Positions 13,465 to 24,102 of a stretch of 64,000 nt of DNA are shown in pieces. A program made the translations under genes and the position numbers. The stretch's first letter is position 1. Every line of letters begins with the position of its first letter. The stretch is from Neoconidiobolus thromboides FSU 785 (Eukaryota; Fungi; Entomophthoromycota), in assembly GCA_025603075.1 (NCBI GenBank), contig MU626288.1, positions 1 to 64,000 of the forward strand, given 5' to 3'. The notes under the pieces are model-generated. The model did not search any database. It saw only the letters and a list, made by a program, of their open reading frames with translations, and had not been told where the DNA came from.

Positions 13465-15927
13465 ATGGACTTAGATCGTTATCAAAACAAAAGAAAAAAG
13501 CGACTACGTGGTGCAGCTGCTATTAATCCTTTTGAAGCAGCTGAAATCCAAAATGAAGTATTAGATAATTCTACAACAAATAAAATTTTAGCTATTGATG
13601 GTCAAGAATCTACAAGTACAGATGCTAAGTTTATACTACCTCAATTATCACAACAGGATACTGTTTTAGAAAAAGCAGATGAGGGAGTGGAGAAAAACGA
13701 GAGTATAGAAGGCAGAAAAGTGAATTTAAGTCCGACTATTACAGCTATTTTAACTGCAAGAAGAAGAACGAAAGAGGTCTCATTTACAGAAGATAAAAGG
13801 GATAGTTTAAATTTAAGTACCAGAAAAGGTAATTACAATTGAGTTTTAGGTAAAATTGATTTAAGTTTTATTATTTAGATAACTCTATTAGCTTAACGGA
13901 TAATTCACTAAATGCCAGTGGAATTTTAAAAAGAAATTTAGAGCATAATAATGATATATCAGTATCTTCTATTTCTTATATGAATCATGACACCTTAAAA
14001 TATATAATTTCTAATACTTCAAAAAATAATAAGGAAAATAGTTATAATGAATTAAATGAAATAATTAAAAGTATGAGTAGTGTGGAATTAAGGAATTCGG
14101 AAGTAAATTAAATTTAGTTTTTAATAAAGCAAAATACTAATGTTTTACCAAAGCATGGCTCAAGTACCGTACCAGCGGATTTAGATGAATTTTTTGATAA
14201 TGTTAATAATGAGCGTAAAAAAGTAAATTAAAATAAGACAAGTATTATTATTTAATACTTAATTATTATTCATAGGAAATAAGTAATATAGTTGAAGAAG
14301 ATGTAGTAATTGATAACAATGAAACAATGGATATAAGTAATATATCGAAAGGTAAAATAGAATTTATGTTGATGATATTTATTTACTTATTATAATATAA
14401 TAGAAGAATTAGATAAAGTATTATATAAAATGTCCGAAAAATCAATATCTCCATGGGAAATTGATTCGGATGAAGAAGAAAAGATAAGATTAAGTATATC
14501 TAAACATCGATCTGAAGATAATGAGATATCTAAAGATCAGATGGAATTTAAAAATCAATTTAATAATAAGAAGAATTATCCAGTTAAATTAAATCCACCA
14601 AAATTTCAAAATCCTAAAAGAATTGATGAAGAAAAAGATGAATTTAGTTCAAGTTCCAATTCGAATAAAAGACAGCAAACAAATAAAAATAATAATAAAG
14701 AAAAGAAGAAAGATAACGAAATTAAGGACAGTTTACTTATAATAAAAAAAGTAGATAATATCATTGACAAAAACAACTCAATAATAAATAATAAAGACCG
14801 ATCATTTGAAATTAAATCTTCAAAAGAAAAAACAGATAATGATAATTGGAAAAATAAAACCATATCATCAGAAGAAAATAATTCATTCTATGAAGATAAT
14901 AATATACAAACAGATAGTAGTCAAAGTAGATTACCAATAATAAATAAGCAACCTATAAAGGTTATTAAACCATTAAATAAAGAAGTAATTAAACTAAAAG
15001 AAAGAGGAGAGATAATAAAACAAAAAGAGTTATTATCGAAAAGGATTAAAGATAGTTTAAAAGATGTAACTATTCCTTTGAAAAATAAGTCATCTTCATC
15101 AAAATCTCAAGCAGATATTGTAAGTCATGAATTGTTACAAGTTATTAATCAATATTGGTAATCAATATGTTTACATTAAGTATTCTTTATTTATTAATAT
15201 TTATTATTTTAGTATGGAAAATAATTTTAACTCCGATTTAATAAAAGATATCAATTTATTTAAAGGGGCATTTGAAACTGGAATAATTGAAATGGAACAA
15301 CAACAAATGGAATATTCTACATTAACAAAAGAGTTAATGATAATTCGAAAAGAACAAAATGAATTAAGACAAGAACTATTGAATTTAAGGCAAGAATCTT
15401 GTAATATAAATAATGAAATTAATAAAACATTAAAATTACATCATCAATCTCAAATAAATCAATTGGTAAGGGAATATCAATTTAATAATTTATCACTTAC
15501 TTTAATTTTAATTTTGTTAGAAAATGGAAGAATCACATGATTATGTTAATCAATTAAAAAAATTTCAATATTTACAAAAAAAACAAGATGAAAAAGATAT
15601 CAATAATGATAATAATGATATCACATTGTTTAATCAAACTTGGGTAAGTTATTGTGTTTTTGTATATGAAAAAACATATTTAGTTTTTTTTAAATAGTTA
15701 AATTTAAATTCGGATTTAGCTATTTTAAGACAACGTTTAGGTTTAAATCCTTTGCCTGGTGTTAAGGGTAAGTATTTAATTTTATGATATCATATTATTT
15801 TTTTATTGAAATCTAATATTATTTAGATGATATTATAGATAATAATAATAGTGAAGCTATAATAACTCATTCAACAATACAAGAATTACAAAAATTAAAC
15901 GATGAATTAGATAGGCTTTTATCTTAA
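13465..15927 (+). CDS. Hypothetical protein: low-complexity N/K/S-rich middle, C-terminal coiled coil, about 9 exons
   Basis: Successive GT-AG introns link the ORF pieces at 13465, 14430 and 15127 in frame up to TAA 15925-15927. No family recognised. Contains KEVSF and GILK motifs. Confidence 0.7.
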
Positions 15928-16360
15928 AAATCAATTGATTTGAATTTAACATAAAAAATATTGAAGTCAAACTTTAACATTTATGTTTTTAACATAAAGT
16001 TAGATATAAGGTATTGATCCGTGTTTAGTTTTTTTAAAATATTAGTAAATCAAAGAATAAGAGGTTGTTTATTATTAGTATTATTGAATCACAATTCTAC
16101 TATTCATATTTATTGTTATAGTTTATTTTATTTAAATTTTAATAATTCATTACTATTTTATTCTAATAAAGTGTTTACATAAAAATATCTAAATCAATTG
16201 TTAGTAAATAATTAATACTTTGATTTCAAATTAATTATAAGATTAATAATTCTATAATAACATAAAGCTAAATTATTTAGTTTATTTAATTCAAATAATA
16301 AAGATAAAAAAAGATTAATTTAAGTATTACATTAGATAAACAAATTAAATCATATAATAT

Positions 16361-17401
16361 TTAATTAATTTTTCTAACATTACTAGAAGTCTTCTTTAGT
16401 TTTTGATCAGTATTGTTTAAATCTTGATCCACTTGATTTAATAATTGATTATGATATTCTAATTCATTTCCAATTTCGCTGCCAATTTTATGTTGTCTTT
16501 TTAAAATATCTGAAAACTGATTTAAATATAAATTTTGTTCTTCCATTTTATTTTTTTGTAATTGTAATAATCCTTCATTGTCTAATGCTTTAGTTTCTTT
16601 AGTTTCCGTTATATTCTTACCAAATTTTCTTTTAGATATTGGCTTATTAAACAACTCTCCTCTATCACTTTGTACTGAACTTCTACCACTAGTTGGATTG
16701 GAGTTTTCTCTAGCTGAAGTACGTTGTATTAATTTGTTTAACACTGATTTTTCATCTTCTAATTTTGATAAAATATCTCTTCTTCTTAATTCTTCACCAG
16801 GAGTTAACTGAGTTTTACTTTGAGTTAAAGTTTTATCTAATTCATTAATATTAGCTGTTAAAGTCATACATAATTTTCTAGCTTGAGCTGTTAATTGATG
16901 AGCTAAACTTAAATCTTTATCATTAAAACATTGCTCTCTTTTTGTAATTATACTTCTAATTTCAATAGCTATATTTTGTGTGTTTTTTAATTCTTTTAAC
17001 CAACCTTCCGAAGATATGTTATTATCTAAGTTATTATTGTTTTTTGAAATAGGTACTAATAAAAACTCATTAAATAAATTGGATTCTCTCCAAGCTGGAT
17101 TACTACATAATAAAATGCCTCTTAGATAAACTTCAATACCAATTTGACGATCTTCTACAAAAGCAGGGTCTGCAAAACTAATACATGTAAACCAAGAGCT
17201 TTTTCCTGGTAATTGTTCTGGTAATGGTGATCTGATCTTTTTTAATTTTAAATCTAATTCATAGAACTCAGAATATCGATGTTTAACTTTCCAACTTCTT
17301 ACATTTGTTTTGATTTCAATAATATATTCAATATGTTGGCTAGGTAAATTGATTAATTCCGCTCCAATAACGCTAACGTTTTTAATAATATCATGGCTCA
17401 T
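16361..17401 (-). CDS. VAM7: PX-domain Qc-SNARE (Vam7-like), intronless
   Basis: N-terminal PX domain (YIIEI...VKHRYSEFYEL...LPGK...EDRQIGIEVYL) and C-terminal SNARE motif EEQNLYLNQFSDILKRQHKIGSEIGNELEYHNQLL with no TM anchor. Confidence 0.9.
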   Translation of the reverse strand: MSHDIIKNVSVIGAELINLPSQHIEYIIEIKTNVRSWKVKHRYSEFYELDLKLKKIRSPLPEQLPGKSSWFTCISFADPAFVEDRQIGIEVYLRGILLCSNPAWRESNLFNEFLLVPISKNNNNLDNNISSEGWLKELKNTQNIAIEIRSIITKREQCFNDKDLSLAHQLTAQARKLCMTLTANINELDKTLTQSKTQLTPGEELRRRDILSKLEDEKSVLNKLIQRTSARENSNPTSGRSSVQSDRGELFNKPISKRKFGKNITETKETKALDNEGLLQLQKNKMEEQNLYLNQFSDILKRQHKIGSEIGNELEYHNQLLNQVDQDLNNTDQKLKKTSSNVRKIN

Positions 17402-18429
17402 CGTTAAAATAGTTGGAAATTTTAAAAAAATAACTAAATTTGAAAACTAAAGCAATTTATAAGCTAAAGAATGACATCATTTTGACGGAGATTTAATCTA
17501 TTTTCCTAGCTTTTGTATTAATTTGGATTTTATAAATATTATCTTCAATAGGTTTCTTGAAACTTTATAACAGTCAAGATTTTACTGCTGCTTAATAGTA
17601 TTTATCAAATACTCTAAAAATAATGTGTTTGTTATTTTCCATAAAGCAGAATAATTTTCATGAGATATAGTTTAGCTTTTTCCTCATAATTAATATGTTC
17701 AAAGCTCCAATTTTCAATTAAAAAACTAATCTTTATTTTTAATTAAAAGTAAGATTATATTATAAGTACACAATACAAGCCTTTTTATGCTTTATTTTTC
17801 ATTTCTTTACATCATTTACTTTGATTATTTTTAAAATAAAATTTCAGCAACTTTAAAAGACTTAATAGAAACTTAACAGGAACATTTTTGGGGCTATAAG
17901 GAAGAACTTACAGCTAATGCAACTCTTTTATGATCTATTTGACTATTAATTTATGAAAAAAAATTATGTCAAAATTCAGCCAAGTATAAGAAATAGGTTC
18001 TAAAGAAATTCGCTATATATAATCTACTTATAAAAATTAGCGCTAAAAAAATCGCAAAAGTGTTGTAACAGGCTATATCTTACCATCAACTTAAAATTTC
18101 GTTTCATTCAAAAAGGTTTCAATGCATTCGGTTTTAAAAAGGAAGTTTAATCTATTAAGCTTGATTGAACTTTTAGCTTTCATTTTTAAATATTAACATC
18201 AATTCTTTTCTTAAACTCGGTTGAATTGAAGACAGATAAGGGCTTCAACTTCAATTATATTGTACAAAAAGAATTCGACCATTTATTTAATATTAGGTAG
18301 GAAGGGAATTGAAATGGATTAAAAGAATTCGTTTTAGATAGTATGTCCTCAATTATCTAAAGCTAAGAGCTTAAGTTAAATAGACTGTATCAATAAGTTG
18401 AATAAAAGCAACTATCTTGAATTTTGAAT

Positions 18430-20075
18430 GGATACTTTTATATTAAATTCAGGTTAGAATATCAAATAGAGTAAGAAAAAAAAAGTCAAGATTAAGGAAT
18501 TAATATCGTTCGAAGCTATAATAAAACTAATGAACAAATTAAAAACGAATTAATAAGATTAATAATTAAACAAGGAGTTTCTATAAAAGAAGCAGTAAAG
18601 CGATTATCAATCAATTATTATACTACAGGGATCATAATATCTCAAGGAAAAAGAAATTAAGAAAAGCAATAAAGTTAGGTGAAATCAATATTGAAAAAGA
18701 TGAAAAATTAAAAAAGTTTGCCGACAAATGTAATAAAAAAATCGACAAGTTGAATAAAAGAAAATTAAGTTAGTAAATAGACAAAATGTATATAAAAGAT
18801 TCAGATAAACTATTGTTTATTAGTTATGGTAACTCACTTAGTACTCTTTTACAAGAAAAAGTAAAATAAAAAAATTGTAAGTGCAATAAACTGTTATAAT
18901 GAAACTTGGATGAATTAAGTATCTAGTAAGAAGATGAATTTAGCAAATAAGAAGATAGTAAATTTAATACACAGCAGGACTATGACTTTGGTGCCTTGAG
19001 AGATAGTGAATTAAGTAGCCTTGAAGATGGCGAAACAAGCATACAGGAGGAGAATGAAACAAGTAAAGTCAAAAACCTTCAAAAAAAATGGTAAGATAAA
19101 TAATTTATTATCACTATTCAAGGATCAAGAAATGTTTACATGATGTATTGGGGCAATTACCAGATAACAATAGTAATATAAATGTGATTCTTTAGAAGAG
19201 AGAAAAGATCTAACAAGGATGCAGAATTGGGAAACAAAAGGATAAGTAATTGTTTGATTTTAATGGGACGAGCTATAATAGAAGTCGAAAAGATTATTGA
19301 GGAGAATCATAAATATACTTTAGACCAAATACAAATAATACGTATGATCGAATATGGGTTAAAGTGAAGCTAACTTTAATAAGTGATACATCAAAATCAT
19401 TAAGAATCATGATTAATAACTCAAACAATATTACAGATAAAATAAATGAAGGATCCATAGTATCTAAAAGAGCAAGATATTTAAATATTTTATGAAAAAT
19501 TGCTTTAGAGATATTGATAAATGTTTATTTATTTATCAACCAGGATTCAATTTTTGTTTAAAAAAACTAACTGAGCAATTAATTGGTGAAATGAATATAT
19601 TCCAACTATAAAAGATAAAAGTCAAACTTTAATATTGGGAATATCTTGAAAAGAGACTGTACATTCTATTATACCAGGTGAAATTCATAAAAGCTTTACT
19701 CTTATTAATTTAACTATAAAATTAGCTATTGTTTTAGATGAAGACCAGAAGGTATAAGAACCTCACATAATTTTGGATAATACTAGAATAGATAATAGAT
19801 CAAGTAAAACTATTTTTAAGTGGTACTAAGGATCAATTACATTTTTTAGCACCTTATTCTTGTATATTAAATCCAAAACATCTTTTTTCTTGTATTAAGA
19901 AATTTATTAGGAGTTATTTATTGTGAAATTCAAATGGATCTCAAACTATTGATGTTGATTTAAAAGATATTATTAGACATACAGTTCTAACAGTAAACAA
20001 ATAGGATTCCATAGAACATTTCGAATATATGGTAAAGAATATATTGTTAGCTTTGTATAAAGTTTTATTTGAGCA
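18430..20075 (+). pseudogene. Decayed paralog of the downstream Tc1/mariner-derived gene
   Basis: Fragments with stops and frameshifts align to the 777-aa ORF: SYNKTNEQIKNELIRLIIKQGVSIKEAVKRLSINY, IEVEKIIEENHKYTLDQIQ, DKINEGSIVSKRA, KDKSQTLILGIS*, IILDNTR, LSGTKDQLHFLAPYSCILNPKH. Boundaries are approximate. Confidence 0.9.
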
Positions 20076-20869
20076 ACTTAAATTTGAGCAAATAAATTAT
20101 GAAATAATTTTAGTCTATGCTTTACAAAACGTTGATAGCTTTGTTGTGATTTCTTATTATTTTGTACTGATTAAGCTTAAAATTGAAATATCTTTTTAGT
20201 TTTTTGATTACTATAGTAATTATTTCAATTAGAAAAGCTAAAATATTTTATAGTATTTTAATTTAAAAAAGAAAAAGAATGGATATGTATTTGTACTGAA
20301 TTTGTTATAAAAGGCAACTTTTATCTATAAAGAAGGACTTCAGTTTTATAAAATAGTTGATTTTAAATAATTTTTTTTGGAATTTTTTTTATTTAGAGGA
20401 TAGTTGCAGGTTTCCTATACCTTTTCACTTATTCAGTTTATTTACCTTCTACTTGCTTTCAAAAATGAACTACTTGGGAATTTATCTTCAAAGGTTTTTA
20501 AAAAATTGCAGATTTCATGCTAAAACGCAACTTAAAAATGAACAGCACATTAGAAAGTAGAAATTTATTTTATAAATAAATTCCAGTTTTAAAAATATTA
20601 ACTTTAGTTTTTTTTAAACGTAATTGAATTAAGGACTGGGCGGACTTTTAATGTCAATAAAACTTATATAAGAAGAACTTAAATATATATTTCAAGATCA
20701 GGTAAGATGGAAGCTAGATTGAATAAATTTAGTCCTTTTTAGATTAAATTCTAACAACTATGAAACTAAACCTTTTGATCAGATGTTTTCAAGCAATAAA
20801 ATAAATATTTATTTTAATCTAAGCAAGCTGTATTATATTTTAATTTTAACTATTTAATTTTAGATCCCA

Positions 20870-23203
20870 ATGTCAAATGAAATAACAGATCTAAATAATA
20901 TGCTAGGAGATTATGGGGGTCAAAACAATGGTAAAATGAACAGCGAAGCTGAACAAAAGCTATTTGATTTAGTAACTAATCAAGGAATGTCAATAAAAGA
21001 AGCATCTGAGCGGTTGTGTATTGGTTATAGCGCTGCTTATTATAGTGTTACTCAAGAGAGAATGAGGCTGAAAAAAGTTTTAAGTGTATTAGAAGCAAGC
21101 GCAAAAAAAGATGACAGCCTTATGGAATCCCCAGTTAAGCCTTATAATAAAAAAAACAATAAGAGCAATGAGTGTTTATCAGGATTGGTAATTAGTCAAG
21201 GTATGCCAATAAAAGAAACAGGGGAAAAGGTATTTATCGGCCATTCGAAAACATATCATAAAGTTAAGAAAGGAAGGAAGAGATTAAAAAAGGGCGTAGA
21301 TTTAGGGGAATTAGGTACACAAAAAGATAAAAAACCAGAAGAAACACTTGCTAGGTTTTATAATAGAACAGAATATGAGGTTAAAGAGGATCTGTTAAAG
21401 CTAATGATTAAAAAAGGAAAATCTATAAAAGAAGCATCAGAGGAGCTGTCTATTAGCTATGCTACTGCAGAGGATATTGCTTTACAAGCAAAAAAGAACT
21501 TAGTGGAACTTGTAGCTTTAGGAAAAATCGATTTGGAGAATCGTGTTAATTTAAAAAGGTTTCTTGGTCAAATGCGTAATGAAATAGTTGTCAATAATAA
21601 TAACAATAATAAATTATCGAGGCTATTTAATGAAAAAGGAAACTCTACAAACGAAACAGTAGAAAAGTTGTTTATTTATAATAAAGCTGAAGGTAATTAC
21701 GAATACAACCAAAAAGAGAATTTAAATGCAGAAAAAGTAAGCAATCGAAATAGTAAAGTAATAGGTGCTCAGAAAAATGATGAATCAAATTTACGAAAAG
21801 AAAATGAAATAATTGTAATTGATGATGATGAAATAATTGTAATAAATGATGATGATATAAGTTTTCAAGAAATCCAAGAAATAAATAAAACTAGATATAC
21901 AAATATCAAGAAAGATTTCGGAGTAGATACACAAAAAGACAACGAAATAATTGTAATAGAGGATGATGAATCAATTTCAATAGAGGATGATAAGCTAAGT
22001 TTTCATGAAATTAAAGGAAAAAATGGAATCAAAGATCCTCAAAAGGATAGTAGAATCGATCAAATTAATATTAATAGCTCAATTTTACCAACCAAGAATC
22101 AAAAAATAGTTATAAAGGATGTATCAGAGCAGTTGCTAGTTAATTTCAATGGAATAAATAAAATTATATATCCTCAAAAGGAAGGTAGCATAGATGATAT
22201 CAACATAAATAATTTAATGGTCCCAATTGAAAATCAAAAAGTAGCTATAAAAGATGCATTGGAACAGTCGTCTGCCATCTTCAAAGAAACAAAGGTGACT
22301 ATTTGGAATGAAAAAAAAACTAATACAGAGATAAAGACAGAAAATAAAATAGTGACTGATTATTCAGTTTTAATGGAGCAGGCTACTTTAGAAATTGAAA
22401 AAATTATTGAGGAGAATTGTAAATATACTTTAGATCAATTACAAATGATATTGTATAATCGAATAGGGGTTAAATTGGAGTTGGCTTCAATAAGTAATGC
22501 ATTGGAGTCACTAAAAGTAATATTTAGGGGGTCAAGTTGTGTTTTGGACAAAATAAATGAAGAGTTTATTGTATCTAAAAGAGCTGAATATGCTATGCAT
22601 TTTATTCAACATTGTTTTAACCATATCGATGAATGTATATTCATTCATGAATCTGGGTTTGATTTTCATTTAAACAAAACAACTGAACAATCAATTGGCG
22701 AAGCGAACATACCTGTAGCTATTCCAACTATGAAAGATAGAAGCCAAACTTTAATATTAGCAATTTCTCGAAAAGGAGTTGTACATTACACTTTTTCTGA
22801 TGAAATGCGTAAAAGCGTTAATTTTACTAAATTTATTATAGGGCTAATTACTATCCTCGATAAAGATCAAAGTATGCATGGGTTTCATATAATATTAGAT
22901 GATACTAGGGTTCATGGTGCTGAGATAGCAAAAAAGATTTTAAGTGGCACTAAGCATCAGCTACATTTTTTAGCACCTTATTCCTATATGTTGAATCCTT
23001 CAGAACTGTTTTTTTCATTTATTAAAGGATTTATCAGGACTTGTTTATCCTCAAATTTGGATATATCCCAAGATATAGCAATTGATGTAAAAGATGTTAT
23101 TGATTATGCGATTTCAACAGTTAGTAAATTAGATTGCATAGAATATTTTGATCATATGATGAAGAATATATTATTAGCTTTACAAAGAGTTCCTTTTGAC
23201 TAA
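20870..23203 (+). CDS. Tc1/mariner (IS630/DDE_3-type) transposase-derived protein, intact 777 aa, first catalytic Asp replaced by His
   Basis: C-terminal CIFIHESGFDFHL (canonical IFIDESGF), IILDDTRVH, and FLAPYSYMLNPSE with exactly 34 residues between the second D and the E. Three N-terminal repeats of QG(M/K)xIKE(A/T)xExxxIxY. No TIRs found. Confidence 0.85.
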   Translation: MSNEITDLNNMLGDYGGQNNGKMNSEAEQKLFDLVTNQGMSIKEASERLCIGYSAAYYSVTQERMRLKKVLSVLEASAKKDDSLMESPVKPYNKKNNKSNECLSGLVISQGMPIKETGEKVFIGHSKTYHKVKKGRKRLKKGVDLGELGTQKDKKPEETLARFYNRTEYEVKEDLLKLMIKKGKSIKEASEELSISYATAEDIALQAKKNLVELVALGKIDLENRVNLKRFLGQMRNEIVVNNNNNNKLSRLFNEKGNSTNETVEKLFIYNKAEGNYEYNQKENLNAEKVSNRNSKVIGAQKNDESNLRKENEIIVIDDDEIIVINDDDISFQEIQEINKTRYTNIKKDFGVDTQKDNEIIVIEDDESISIEDDKLSFHEIKGKNGIKDPQKDSRIDQININSSILPTKNQKIVIKDVSEQLLVNFNGINKIIYPQKEGSIDDININNLMVPIENQKVAIKDALEQSSAIFKETKVTIWNEKKTNTEIKTENKIVTDYSVLMEQATLEIEKIIEENCKYTLDQLQMILYNRIGVKLELASISNALESLKVIFRGSSCVLDKINEEFIVSKRAEYAMHFIQHCFNHIDECIFIHESGFDFHLNKTTEQSIGEANIPVAIPTMKDRSQTLILAISRKGVVHYTFSDEMRKSVNFTKFIIGLITILDKDQSMHGFHIILDDTRVHGAEIAKKILSGTKHQLHFLAPYSYMLNPSELFFSFIKGFIRTCLSSNLDISQDIAIDVKDVIDYAISTVSKLDCIEYFDHMMKNILLALQRVPFD

Positions 23204-23492
23204 ACCAAAATTGCAAGCATAATAAAAACATCCCAAAGTATTTTTAGTCTATAGTGATGTTAAAAGATATATAACTTTTTATAACTCTTATTATATATGT
23301 TAACTTGAATGTTTTAGCAATAATAAATTATATTATTTGGTTAACATCACAATTACTCTACATATAATATTTGGCGTAATTTATAAAATATTGATCTAGT
23401 ATTATAGCTTTTTTATTCTCTTGTTTTCATTAAGTTATCCTTTAATTTTAATTTGTTATAACTGTTCTTACAAGTCATACTCTTTCAATAAC

Positions 23493-23590
23493 ATATGTCG
23501 GTGTTTTTTTGATTTCATTATTTTTCCATTTTTTAAGTGCTATTTGAGTAGAATAATTGCTAGTAAAATCTTAAAAATACATCTCCATAT
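23493..23590 (+). repeat. Dispersed fold-back repeat, copy C
   Basis: ATATGTCGGTGTTTTTTTGATTTCATTATTTTTCCATTTTTTAAGTGCTATTTGAGTAGAA...AATACATCTCCATAT. Confidence 0.88.
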
Positions 23591-24102
23591 GTCTTATTTC
23601 TACAAAGCAACGTATTTCCATAAAATAACAGGAAACTTTAGTTTGATCGTTTTCAATAAAACAATTCCTCGCTAGAGAAAGTTTGTATCTATAAATTTGG
23701 CCAACTTCAATTTTTTTAACCGAGAACGTTTTAATTTATAAATTAGAACTTAAGTTCGGCTATGCTACACTTGGCTTCATCTTTTGTTTTATTTCTTAAT
23801 AACTTTTTATTCATCCATTAATTGGAAACGTTAATCAATTTAGAAATTTAGTGAATATTTTAAATGAATTTTCAGCTGAAGATAAGCGAATTGGTTCTAG
23901 GAAATGCTATAGCATACTAAAAACATTAACTATTAGAACAAAAAAAATGAGCTGTCTTTAACAGAAATATTGAATCATCATCCAATTTTTTTTGCTAAGC
24001 ATTTTTTACGACAATATAGGCCAATCAAATGCACTCGGTAATCAACTAAAAGTCAGTTATTTTTAAAAAGCAATTTCATTTTAAAACTTGTAATCAAAAC
24101 AG

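Noticed and set aside
18430-23590. Idea that repeat copy C is the right-hand TIR of a Tc1 element carrying the DDE ORF
   Set aside because: No matching copy was found upstream of either the intact gene or the pseudogene, and the repeat is scattered independently across the window.
23421-23675. 84-aa ORF (and the similar 60-aa ORF at 35959-36141)
   Set aside because: Both are chance frames running through the dispersed repeat. Their mutual similarity comes from the repeat, not from a gene family.
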